From Bacteroidales bacterium (GTDB taxonomy: Bacteria > Bacteroidota > Bacteroidia > Bacteroidales > UBA10428), in assembly GCA_016935615.1 (NCBI GenBank), contig JAFGQO010000192.1, positions 27,091-91,090 of the forward strand: 64,000 nt of DNA, written 5' to 3'. Positions 47,801 to 55,097 of the stretch are shown here, piece by piece. The translations under genes were made by a program, and so were the position numbers. The stretch's first letter is position 1; each line of letters starts with the position of its first letter. The notes beneath the pieces are model-generated. The model searched no databases. It was given only the letters and a program-made list of their open reading frames with translations, and was not told the DNA's origin.

Positions 47801-49251
47801 TCGTCCTCATAAATTGTCGATACAAAATTGTTAATCAGACTTTTTTCGTTACCTGCTTCATTCTGATAATGTCTGAATATTCCATCACCATTCGCGGAGA
47901 TAAGTTTTGAAAAGCCGCCTCCCCATGTTCCTACCCAGAGGTTATTATTCCTGTCCCTGCAAAGAGATGTGACAAAATCATTACTCAGAGAATTGTCTGC
48001 TCTGGGATTGAAAGTAAAATACTTTTCTTTCCCGGTTTTCCTGTTGATCAGGTTTAATCCTCCCCCTGCAGTTCCTACCCACAACAGATGATCCTCTTCC
48101 AGGATAGAATTTACCGTGTTATGATTTAATTTTGGCTTTCTCCCCGATTCTGCCGAGTAGTAACCAAATTGTTTCTGGTATATATTAAACCGGTTAATGC
48201 CGCCTTTCTCAGTGCCAATCCATACAAGTCCCGATTCATCGCAAAGCAACGAGTTAATAAACTCATTATTCAGACTCAAATTTTCCAGTTCGTAAACCGG
48301 CAAATGATGAAATCCATCTCTTTCACGATCATAATAATCAAGCCCGCCAAGAGTTGCAATATATAATCTGCCTTCAGGATCCTCCGCTATTTGATTAATA
48401 TTGGAATGAGAAAGACTATACGGATCATCTATACTATTAAAATAACGGATAAACCGGTTTGTTCCCTCCGTCCAACGATTAAGTCCAAAAATGGTTCCAA
48501 TCCAGATAATCCCTGTGCGATCCTCATAAACACATCGAATTTCATCGGAGGTCAGGCTATTGTCATCATAGGGTATATTAATAAAAACAACGGATGTATC
48601 ATGTAGCTTATTATAAAGGGTCAGCCCGTTTTCTGTACCAATCCAGAACCGGTTTTTGCTGTCGTAATAGATGCTATTGATCGTATTTCCGGAAAGTCTG
48701 AAGGATGAAACCGAGTGAGTATTAAAATGCTTGAAAATATACTTATCCTGCACAGTTCCTGGCACAATCCGGTTTAATCCGTTGCCATTGGTACCGACCC
48801 AGATTGTTCCTTCAGGATCGCAGTACACTGTGTTGATCCAGTTGCCGGATATACTAGCCGGATCAAGGTTATCGTTAAAAAAACTGATAAACCGATCTGT
48901 TTTAAACTCCAGCAGGTTAAGTCCGTTGCGTGTTCCGATCCATAAGTTACCGGTACTGTCCTCACAAATTGAATAAATAAAATTATTTGATACATCGCTT
49001 GCTTTACCCTCATGCTTGTATACCTTAAAAGAATACCCGTCGTAACGGTTGAGTCCGTTCCAGGTGCCAAACCACATGAATCCCCGACTATCCTTCAATA
49101 TACAATCCACTGTGTTCTGAGAGAGTCCATCATCGGAGGTAAGGTAAGTAATTCTGTATAATGGTTCCGAAACATCGTATTGCGCTTCTCCCTGGCTGGC
49201 AGTATATAGAAGCAGAAGTGTTATGATTATGACATATCTCCCGGAATACAT
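44890..49251 (-). CDS. hybrid two-component system regulator (HTCS)
   Basis: 1453 aa. Periplasmic beta-propeller repeats recur as WIGT..GL, followed by a TM (WFRILIVAVMILLIGIYL). The H-box is NISHEFKTPLT and the ATPase motifs are DTGMGI...GSGIGL. The REC domain shows LLVVEDN...DLVISDIMMP...LTAKG. The C-terminal AraC HTH shows YNISEVAYTVGYNDPKYFSRLFKK. Confidence 0.95.
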   Translation of the reverse strand: MYSGRYVIIITLLLLYTASQGEAQYDVSEPLYRITYLTSDDGLSQNTVDCILKDSRGFMWFGTWNGLNRYDGYSFKVYKHEGKASDVSNNFIYSICEDSTGNLWIGTRNGLNLLEFKTDRFISFFNDNLDPASISGNWINTVYCDPEGTIWVGTNGNGLNRIVPGTVQDKYIFKHFNTHSVSSFRLSGNTINSIYYDSKNRFWIGTENGLTLYNKLHDTSVVFINIPYDDNSLTSDEIRCVYEDRTGIIWIGTIFGLNRWTEGTNRFIRYFNSIDDPYSLSHSNINQIAEDPEGRLYIATLGGLDYYDRERDGFHHLPVYELENLSLNNEFINSLLCDESGLVWIGTEKGGINRFNIYQKQFGYYSAESGRKPKLNHNTVNSILEEDHLLWVGTAGGGLNLINRKTGKEKYFTFNPRADNSLSNDFVTSLCRDRNNNLWVGTWGGGFSKLISANGDGIFRHYQNEAGNEKSLINNFVSTIYEDDEGKIWVGTEGGLDLFDPNNNRLTHVLNQPVSGDQLSEVGCILRDHYGNLWIGTRNGLYYISNEHVALIKKFPNKIPFICFRSDPDNTASLNENYVISLYEDNNKSLWIGTYGNGLNKTDWDGINPDDIKFAHYTQKEGLCNNVVYGILEDDHHNLWLSTDYGLSRFHIENEEFSNYYVADGLQSNQFYWSAAAHGANGILYFGGMKGINYFDPENIVNNQNPPTPILIDFKILNNVVEPGKPFGKRIILDKLISETEEVRLNHRENTFSLEFSGLSYHLPEKNRYAYKLEGVDEDWIKVSSSRRFANYTKLPGGEYIFRLKAANNDGLWNENAATLKIIIRPPFWKTGWFRILIVAVMILLIGIYLRLHTRSLKLQKRKLEELVRERTAQIEDQKVRLEQQNTEIMQQRDRLIQLNKKVKAVNQLKLKFFTNISHEFKTPLTLMLGPLEKLRGRWKSESDSMKQINLITRNAERLLHLINQLMDFRKIEKGKMSLHVQEGNLGTFIKGILEAFNDLVVQKNIDLVFDCSISDKLVWFDHEKLENVLFNLLSNAVKYTPERGTINVRVKFINPVRSDVLQRAHKKKDTYTHVQIEIADTGMGISKDKLPNIFKRFYQAEQINDNTMGSGIGLSLTRDLIKVHRGSVAVDSKPGEGTTFTIQMPCCREAFSEEEVTQTNLGQSNLKNHMNMLKHILENQLSINEDLPVLKLEQYAGKPLLLVVEDNRELREFIASRLNQQFNILMAENGETAFELAKKHNPDLVISDIMMPVMNGLQLCRILKEKIETSHIPVILLTAKGTVENQIEGYKTGADEYIPKPFNMELLETRVQNLIDSRKRLRRAFANHDPVGPEEITKNPTDQKFLRKALQHIEKNLDNTEFNVNDFASVMCVSRSLLHKKLTALTDQSATDFINTIRLKKARELMLSGSYNISEVAYTVGYNDPKYFSRLFKKHFNVSPSEYIKELRTKVG

Positions 49252-49396
49252 ACCCTAAGTTTTGTAAAATAGCTGTAATCATTTGAAGCTCCTTGCCGTA
49301 AGCAGCGAGGAATCTTCGATCCTTCTTTGTTTTTTTGCGCTCGCTGACCCCGCAGCAGCCTACCCGCCATAAGCCATGGCAGGCAGGACTATGGGG

Positions 49397-49477
49397 AACC
49401 GAGCTTGCGAGCTCGACGTAGTCAACCGAGCTTGCGAGCTCGACGTAGTCAACCGAGCTTGCGAGCTCGACGTAGTC
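49397..49477. repeat. perfect tandem repeat, 3 x 27 bp (aaccgagcttgcgagctcgacgtagtc)
   Basis: Units at 49397-49423, 49424-49450 and 49451-49477 are identical. Each contains the hairpin cgagct-tgcg-agctcg. They are embedded in a GC-rich patch (about 49290-49480) of an otherwise AT-rich 426-nt spacer. Confidence 0.95.
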
Positions 49478-49650
49478 AATACGCTCTCAGGATTCAAGTT
49501 ACTAAATCACTTTGTGAATACAGTTACAAATTTAAGGGCAATTTTTTAAAAAGTAATTTTCACCTTTAAAAATTGTGTTTTCCCCCGTAACAATTCTTCC
49601 TGAGTAAATAAAATAAGGACTTCAAACCGGGCGATCTGCGGGAATTAATT

Positions 49651-49678
49651 AAAATGAAACCGGAAACAAGCCGATTTC
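49651..49678 (-). terminator. possible terminator after the GH43-CBM13 gene
   Basis: The minus strand shows gaaaucgg-cuuguuu-ccgguuuc (8-bp stem including one G.U pair) followed by AUUUUAAUU. The stem base overlaps the stop codon. Confidence 0.3.
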
Positions 49679-51825
49679 TATAAACGTTTAATTTTTATCA
49701 CTTTCTTCACAAAATAACCATTCGGTTTATAGATTTTCAGCAGGAACAAGTTGCCTTCTACTCTAACGGGAATACTTATAATTTCTTCATGCAGTTTATC
49801 TCCATCCATACCAGCTACAACACGACCTTGTGCATCGATCAGTTCTATGCGATGAATTCTGTTGACCTGATGCAGGTCAACATGAAGTTCATCAATAAAG
49901 GGATTCGGATAAATGCGGATATCAGGCAATACATTTTGTGGTACTTCAAGTGTATTATCTATTCCCAGTGAATCAATTCTTTTGAATCTCCAGGCCTGGT
50001 TAACCCCATCCAGATCGATCCACTGGCTGATAAATCCTCCCTCTTCAATAGAGAAATCATAAAGATCAAAACATTTGGTATCGTTGCTGACTTTGGTAAA
50101 TACTTTAAAGTATCCGTCATTTTTATATTGAATCTTAAATTTTTGTTTGTCTTCCCCGGTAAAGGTTCCAAGTCTCAGAAAGGTTGCATCGGGATTCCCA
50201 TCGGGCACTTCAATTACCCGAAACGCATCACTGTGTTCAGCAAAGAAGTACCAATACCCATCGTTTGCTTCTGCAATTCTCCAAAATTGATAGTTTTCTC
50301 CATTTTCTTTTCCCTGCCTTATGGTAACTCCGTCTTCATCGGCTCCATCCGGAACTTCGATAAGCATATTGCTATAATGACTTCTGATCTGGTACGCTGC
50401 TCCTGGAACCAGTTTTGTATAGGTATCAACAGCTTCCCGGTTAATTTTTTTCCCCCAGACATTCAGCCCTTCATCATCCATACCTGTATAGAGAATTGTC
50501 TGGCAGGGATTTTCCCAATCCCAACCCCATGAAACAATGGTTTTTTGAATGGTTTCACCGTTAGTCCAACGCAAGGTTAGCAGACTATCCTGCAATTCCC
50601 AGGTTGATGAAACATCTCCGTCAATGGTGCCGTCACTCTTTAATTCAATGATCGTGGAAGTGGAATGGAGTATGCCAACTTTATATTCCAGGAGCATGTG
50701 TTCCCATTTCCCAACCAGTGAATCAGCTGCAATTGAGCATTGCGGAACAGCGGCATATCTTTCCGGGGACAAAACCGGCCAATTGTCTATCCAGAAAATT
50801 TTACGTGTATGAAGCACCATATTATAGATATCCGTACTGGGTCTGGCCTGGTTAAACATAAAATAATTGCCTTCATCATTATACACCGAACAATGTCCGG
50901 TTCCCTGCCATCCCTCATGATGATTAAATCGGTAAGGTTTCTGAATTACCGGCCAATTGTCCGAATATTCAGCCATATTCACCCCGTTAATATCCAGGTA
51001 GGGACCGTTTGGATTTTGCGATCGTCCCACCCTTACATTATAATAGTCCTCCAGCCAATCGTATGAAACAAACAGGTAGTACCAGCTATTCCGATAACTA
51101 AATTCCGGCCCTTCGATGGCACGGTGCCTGCCTCCGCTTCGCCCGGCAATACGCACGCCCCTGTCACCGATGGTTTTTAATCCGCCGGTAGTCGAATCAA
51201 GTTCTACCACATACAATCCGTTTTCGTAAGATCCATAAGCCATCCAGTGCCGGCCGCTGATACTGTCAATGATTACAGAAGGATCAATTGCATTAATAGT
51301 ATCACCGGGTGTAGAAGAAGTAATTTTTCCTTTGTCCTCCCAGGGGCCGTCAGCCGAACTGCTGATTGCCCAACCGATGAAAGCCAGGTTTTCCCCTTCC
51401 AGTCCCCCGGGAGCTGAATAATACAACCGGAATTCATCCTTGTATCTCATTAAAAAAGGAGCCCATATTCCATTATCGGTATACTCCGGATTATAGATCA
51501 AAAAGAATTCGCGAGCCGATTCCGGTATGCCATCAAAAGCCTGTCCTAAAAAATCCCAATTTACCAGATCCTGTGATCGGCGCTTCAATGTACCTGTACC
51601 CGGGTCGTATCCCAATCCAACATCTGTATTATACATATAATACCAGTCCCCATCCTTGCATACCGTTGGATCGTGCACATTATAACACGACCATTTAGCC
51701 TGATTGTTAAAGTATTCATGATACGTGTCAAAATAAGTCGGACCGTTAAAAGTATCCAATTCACATACCTGTGCCCGGGAAATCATAACAACGGCAATCA
51801 GTAAACCAGTAAATACTTTTCTCAT
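49678..51825 (-). CDS. GH43 arabinanase-like enzyme with a ricin-type (CBM13-like) lectin domain and a T9SS C-terminal sorting domain
   Basis: Signal peptide, then GH43 motifs HDPTVCKDGDWYYMYNTD, GIWAPF, AIDPSVII, IEGPEF and YYLFVSYDWLEDYYNVRVGRS. The Q-x-W-like triplet pattern is YQFWRI, KQKFKI, NQAWRF. The CTD is IRIYPNPF...LLKIYKPNGYFVKKVIKI. Confidence 0.85.
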   Translation of the reverse strand: MRKVFTGLLIAVVMISRAQVCELDTFNGPTYFDTYHEYFNNQAKWSCYNVHDPTVCKDGDWYYMYNTDVGLGYDPGTGTLKRRSQDLVNWDFLGQAFDGIPESAREFFLIYNPEYTDNGIWAPFLMRYKDEFRLYYSAPGGLEGENLAFIGWAISSSADGPWEDKGKITSSTPGDTINAIDPSVIIDSISGRHWMAYGSYENGLYVVELDSTTGGLKTIGDRGVRIAGRSGGRHRAIEGPEFSYRNSWYYLFVSYDWLEDYYNVRVGRSQNPNGPYLDINGVNMAEYSDNWPVIQKPYRFNHHEGWQGTGHCSVYNDEGNYFMFNQARPSTDIYNMVLHTRKIFWIDNWPVLSPERYAAVPQCSIAADSLVGKWEHMLLEYKVGILHSTSTIIELKSDGTIDGDVSSTWELQDSLLTLRWTNGETIQKTIVSWGWDWENPCQTILYTGMDDEGLNVWGKKINREAVDTYTKLVPGAAYQIRSHYSNMLIEVPDGADEDGVTIRQGKENGENYQFWRIAEANDGYWYFFAEHSDAFRVIEVPDGNPDATFLRLGTFTGEDKQKFKIQYKNDGYFKVFTKVSNDTKCFDLYDFSIEEGGFISQWIDLDGVNQAWRFKRIDSLGIDNTLEVPQNVLPDIRIYPNPFIDELHVDLHQVNRIHRIELIDAQGRVVAGMDGDKLHEEIISIPVRVEGNLFLLKIYKPNGYFVKKVIKIKRL

Positions 51826-52133
51826 TTCAATCCGTTTTAATTACAAAAATGAAAATTCTGAAACAGGATCAGGGGGTCTATTGTTTATATAAAGTGGAGT
51901 ATTGTGTATAGGAATAATTTGAATACATTGAAAAGGAAAACAGAATGCGATTGTTTCATTGTAAGGATTTTCCGCTGTCATATTTATCAAAATAATCCCG
52001 AATTCAAAAAAAGCAGTAACCAATATCAGAATGGTTTCAACCTATACTGATCACTCATTTTTTCAGGTAATGCAATAAATATTGTACGCATCGATAATTA
52101 ACAAATGGCATGTTTTTTGAAGAATACTATTGT

Positions 52134-52466
52134 ATGAAATCATTAAAGAAAATAGCGTTGCTTTTTTTTCTTGGACTATGGACTGCAGGATTACAAGGAA
52201 ATACTTCATTTGATTATACAGTAAAAGATCCTGAGGTAATAATTTTCCCAAATCCCGCCACTGAAGAAACGATTTCAATTGAGTCTGAAAAAACAATTGC
52301 GCATGTTGAAATACTGAATGTTGTTGGTCAAAAGATACTATATCATGAGCCAGAACCGTCAAATAGCCTTAAAATAGATATTAGCATGCTGAATACTGGT
52401 TTGTATTTGATCAAAATTTCGTTTGACGACAATACAAACATTACCAAAAGAATTTGGGTTAAATAA
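52134..52466 (+). CDS. minimal T9SS-sorting-domain protein (signal peptide + short linker + CTD only)
   Basis: Signal peptide MKSLKKIALLFFLGLWTAGLQG and a linker of about 13 aa. The type-A CTD follows (IIFPNPATEE.ISIES...VEILNVVGQKI....L.IDISMLNTGLYLIKISF....TKRIWVK). The ORF extends to 52110. Confidence 0.7.
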   Translation: MKSLKKIALLFFLGLWTAGLQGNTSFDYTVKDPEVIIFPNPATEETISIESEKTIAHVEILNVVGQKILYHEPEPSNSLKIDISMLNTGLYLIKISFDDNTNITKRIWVK

Positions 52467-52486
52467 GTTAAGTGGTTAGGGTTAGT

Positions 52487-52520
52487 AAAAAAAGGTGTGC
52501 CTCCCAGGTACGCCTTTTTT
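52487..52520. terminator. bidirectional rho-independent terminator
   Basis: AAAAAAA, then ggtgtgcc-tccca-ggtacgcc (8-bp stem with 2 G.U pairs), then TTTTTT. Lies between convergent genes, and the T-run overlaps the stop of the minus-strand gene. Confidence 0.65.
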
Positions 52521-53217
52521 ACTTGTCATTATTTACCAGCGGTTTGATCTTAATGGCCCAGTAGATAAATGGTGTATCCGCAAGAGCTACAATCCATTTA
52601 AGCACATAAGTAGTGATAAAGATTTCTCCCAGAATTTTCAATTCAAATGTTCCATAGAATGCCACAAATGTAAAGATCAGGCTGTCCAGCAATTGAGATA
52701 TCATAGTACTTAAATTATTTCTTAACCAGATTTTTTTAATTCCCGGAAATTTATTTTTCCAAAGATGATACGCCCAGACATCATGATGTTGAGAAATAAG
52801 ATATGCCAATAAACTGGCAAGAACAATACGAGGCATTAAACTAAAAATTGTATCCAGACTTTTGTATGTTAATAAAGAAAAATCATCGCCTTCAAGTGGT
52901 TTGAAAAACAGGGCCAGATTCATCAGAACGGTCATTGCTATTACACTGAAAAATCCCATCCAGACAGCCTTATTCGCTTCCTTTTTCCCATACAATTCAC
53001 TTAGAATATCCGTTACAAGAAATGAGGTCGCATATACAATATTTCCCAGCGTTGCCGTTAAACCGAATAATTTAATGGTTTGCACTACCTGTATGTTTGC
53101 AACAATTGTTGCTATAGGTATCCAGATAAAAAGTCCTCTGATTCCAAACAACTTGTATGCCAGAATGACTAAAAAAAAATTAACGAGCAGCATTATGCCC
53201 CAAAAAATCTCATTCAT
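52519..53217 (-). CDS. yhhQ: queuosine-precursor transporter (YhhQ/DUF165, VUT family)
   Basis: 232 aa polytopic membrane protein with a YhhQ-like pattern (YATSFLVTDILSELYGKKEA, QLLDSLIF). Confidence 0.78.
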   Translation of the reverse strand: MNEIFWGIMLLVNFFLVILAYKLFGIRGLFIWIPIATIVANIQVVQTIKLFGLTATLGNIVYATSFLVTDILSELYGKKEANKAVWMGFFSVIAMTVLMNLALFFKPLEGDDFSLLTYKSLDTIFSLMPRIVLASLLAYLISQHHDVWAYHLWKNKFPGIKKIWLRNNLSTMISQLLDSLIFTFVAFYGTFELKILGEIFITTYVLKWIVALADTPFIYWAIKIKPLVNNDK

Positions 53218-53290
53218 AGTATTACAGGATTTGATTGAAAATGCAAATGTAGTATAAACATTACAAGAGCTAAAAAGGAAGAGTGATTTT

Positions 53291-54514
53291 TTAAAATGCA
53301 GCCATTAACAATTCAATATCTTTTGACGGAATGTCAAACCTGTTGCCTATATACTCATTCGTAAGAATTCCATTATAGATATACACTCCCTGTCTGAGTC
53401 CCGGTTTCCCTTTTATTAAAGGTTTAATACCCCCAATACTCCCCATATCGAGCATAATAGGTGAAATAATATTACTGATAGCAATGGAGGCCGTGCGTCC
53501 AACCCTTGAAGGAACATTGGGCACGCTGTAATGGATAACATCATGTTTTTTGTAAACGGGCTCTTGCAAAGAGCGATACTCAGATGTTTCAATACACCCT
53601 CCCTGGTCAACACTCAAATCAATCACAACTGATCCTTTTTTCATGATCTTAATCATATCTTCCGTAACAAAAAATCTTGGTCCGGAATCATGTAAAGTAA
53701 CAGCACCAATAAGCACGTCAACCGATTTTAACGTACGCATAAGCACTTGCGGATGAAAAATTGACGTATGCATACGTATACCAATACTCCTTTGAAGCTC
53801 TTCAAGTTTTTGAACTGAGGTGTCAAAGACCTTGACAAAAGCTCCCATCCCAATGGCTGCACGGGCAGCAAATTCAGCAGCAGTGCCGGCCCCTATAATT
53901 ACGACTTCAGTAGGAGTAATCCCCGAAATTCCTCCAAGTATTATCCCTTTCCCTCCGGATGTATTACAAAGAAGTTCCGCTGCTATCATAATAGCAGCAT
54001 TACCAGCAATAGCACTCATGGATTGAAGAACCGGATAACGCCCAAATTCATTTTGAATATATTCATAAGCCACACAGGTTACCTTTTTATTCATCAATTT
54101 CTTAATATAATCCTGACTTTGTTTATTCACATGAAGAGATGAAAAAACCACCTGATTTCCTGTTAGAAACTCGATATCTTTGTCATTAAATGGAGCAACT
54201 TTAAGAACAATGTCAGTCCCCAGAGCCTGCCTGCGTGTATCAACAATAAAACCTCCGTGCTCACTGTAATCTTTATCACTGTAATTTGCTCCGTCACCTG
54301 CTCCTGATTCAATCAATATCTCATGTCCATTGTTAATAAGCACTTCAACAGCTTCAGGAGTAAGCGATACTCTTTTTTCATAATGATGATCTTCTTTTGG
54401 TATACCAATGACCAGTTTTTTCTGCTTTTTACCTAATTCAAGCATTTCCTCCTGTGGCATTAATCCAGTATACATCAAAGGTTTACTGGATGCATCTGAA
54501 TTCTGATCGGCCAT
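53291..54514 (-). CDS. AlaDH/PNT-family NAD(P) dehydrogenase (alanine-dehydrogenase-like)
   Basis: IGIPKE....EKRV.LTPE.V..L...GHE.L.E.GAG, Rossmann motif VVIIGAGTAAEFAA, and a C-terminal HYSVPN.PS-type motif. The N-terminal extension is about 40 aa. Confidence 0.7.
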   Translation of the reverse strand: MADQNSDASSKPLMYTGLMPQEEMLELGKKQKKLVIGIPKEDHHYEKRVSLTPEAVEVLINNGHEILIESGAGDGANYSDKDYSEHGGFIVDTRRQALGTDIVLKVAPFNDKDIEFLTGNQVVFSSLHVNKQSQDYIKKLMNKKVTCVAYEYIQNEFGRYPVLQSMSAIAGNAAIMIAAELLCNTSGGKGIILGGISGITPTEVVIIGAGTAAEFAARAAIGMGAFVKVFDTSVQKLEELQRSIGIRMHTSIFHPQVLMRTLKSVDVLIGAVTLHDSGPRFFVTEDMIKIMKKGSVVIDLSVDQGGCIETSEYRSLQEPVYKKHDVIHYSVPNVPSRVGRTASIAISNIISPIMLDMGSIGGIKPLIKGKPGLRQGVYIYNGILTNEYIGNRFDIPSKDIELLMAAF

Positions 54515-54621
54515 AATTGTAGAAATTTAATTACTGATACAGATAGATACTAATGAATTGAACGATTTACCAAATATAGTGCAGTTATTTAGTTGACACA
54601 CATAAAAAACTTAACAAGTGA

Positions 54622-55065
54622 TTATATCTTAAAAGACAACCTTCTTTTTTTATCCGATAAAACCTGAATATCCACCCTTATAAAATCCTCCGGAATTATG
54701 TTTTCGCCTTTTTCAGGCCACTCAATAAAACAATATGCATTTGCTGAGCAATACTCATTGAAACCAATATCCAGCAATTCAACAGGATTATTTATTCTAT
54801 AGAAATCAAAATGAAAAATAGGTTCTCCTGCTTCTGATGAATATTCATTGATAATTGCAAATGAAGGGCTGCTAATAAGATCGTCACTTCCAAGGATTTT
54901 ACAAATGGAAGTGATCAGGGTGGTTTTGCCCGCTCCCATTGTGCCAAAAAACGCAAAATGTTTTAGCCCATTTGTTACGCAAAGAAATTCACTGGCTATT
55001 TTGTCAACATCTTCAAGAGTAAAAACGAAACTGTAATTTTTCATTTTTAAATCAATTATTGCCAC
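54622..55065 (-). CDS. tsaE: tRNA t6A37 biosynthesis ATPase TsaE
   Basis: 147 aa with P-loop FFGTMGAGKTTL, SPSFAIINEY and HFDFYR motifs. Confidence 0.88.
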   Translation of the reverse strand: MAIIDLKMKNYSFVFTLEDVDKIASEFLCVTNGLKHFAFFGTMGAGKTTLITSICKILGSDDLISSPSFAIINEYSSEAGEPIFHFDFYRINNPVELLDIGFNEYCSANAYCFIEWPEKGENIIPEDFIRVDIQVLSDKKRRLSFKI

Positions 55066-55097
55066 TTGAAAACAGTTACTTCAACTGCTCAATCTGT

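Noticed and set aside
49397-49477. CRISPR array interpretation of the 27-bp repeats
   Set aside because: The repeats are directly adjacent with no spacers, there are only three copies, and no cas genes are nearby. This is a tandem repeat, not a CRISPR array.
49391-49549. 52-aa ORF (MG-(NRACELDVV)x3-NTLSGF...) reading through the tandem repeat
   Set aside because: The open frame is a by-product of a 27-nt unit, which is a multiple of 3. There is no convincing promoter or initiation context, and the minus strand is open in the same way. Treated as non-coding.
52063-52362. 99-aa minus-strand ORF overlapping the CTD-only gene, and the 60-aa ORF at 51841-52023
   Set aside because: The plus-strand ORF has a clear signal peptide and a T9SS sorting-domain pattern. 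The minus-strand products show no features and lie in promoter-like AT-rich sequence.
53218-53290. preQ1 riboswitch upstream of the yhhQ-like transporter, and a TPP riboswitch upstream of thiL (27647-27771)
   Set aside because: The yhhQ spacer is only 73 nt and I could not find a preQ1-type stem or A-rich tail in it. The thiL leader lacks the CUGAGA core of TPP riboswitches. Covariance-model searches would be needed for certainty.
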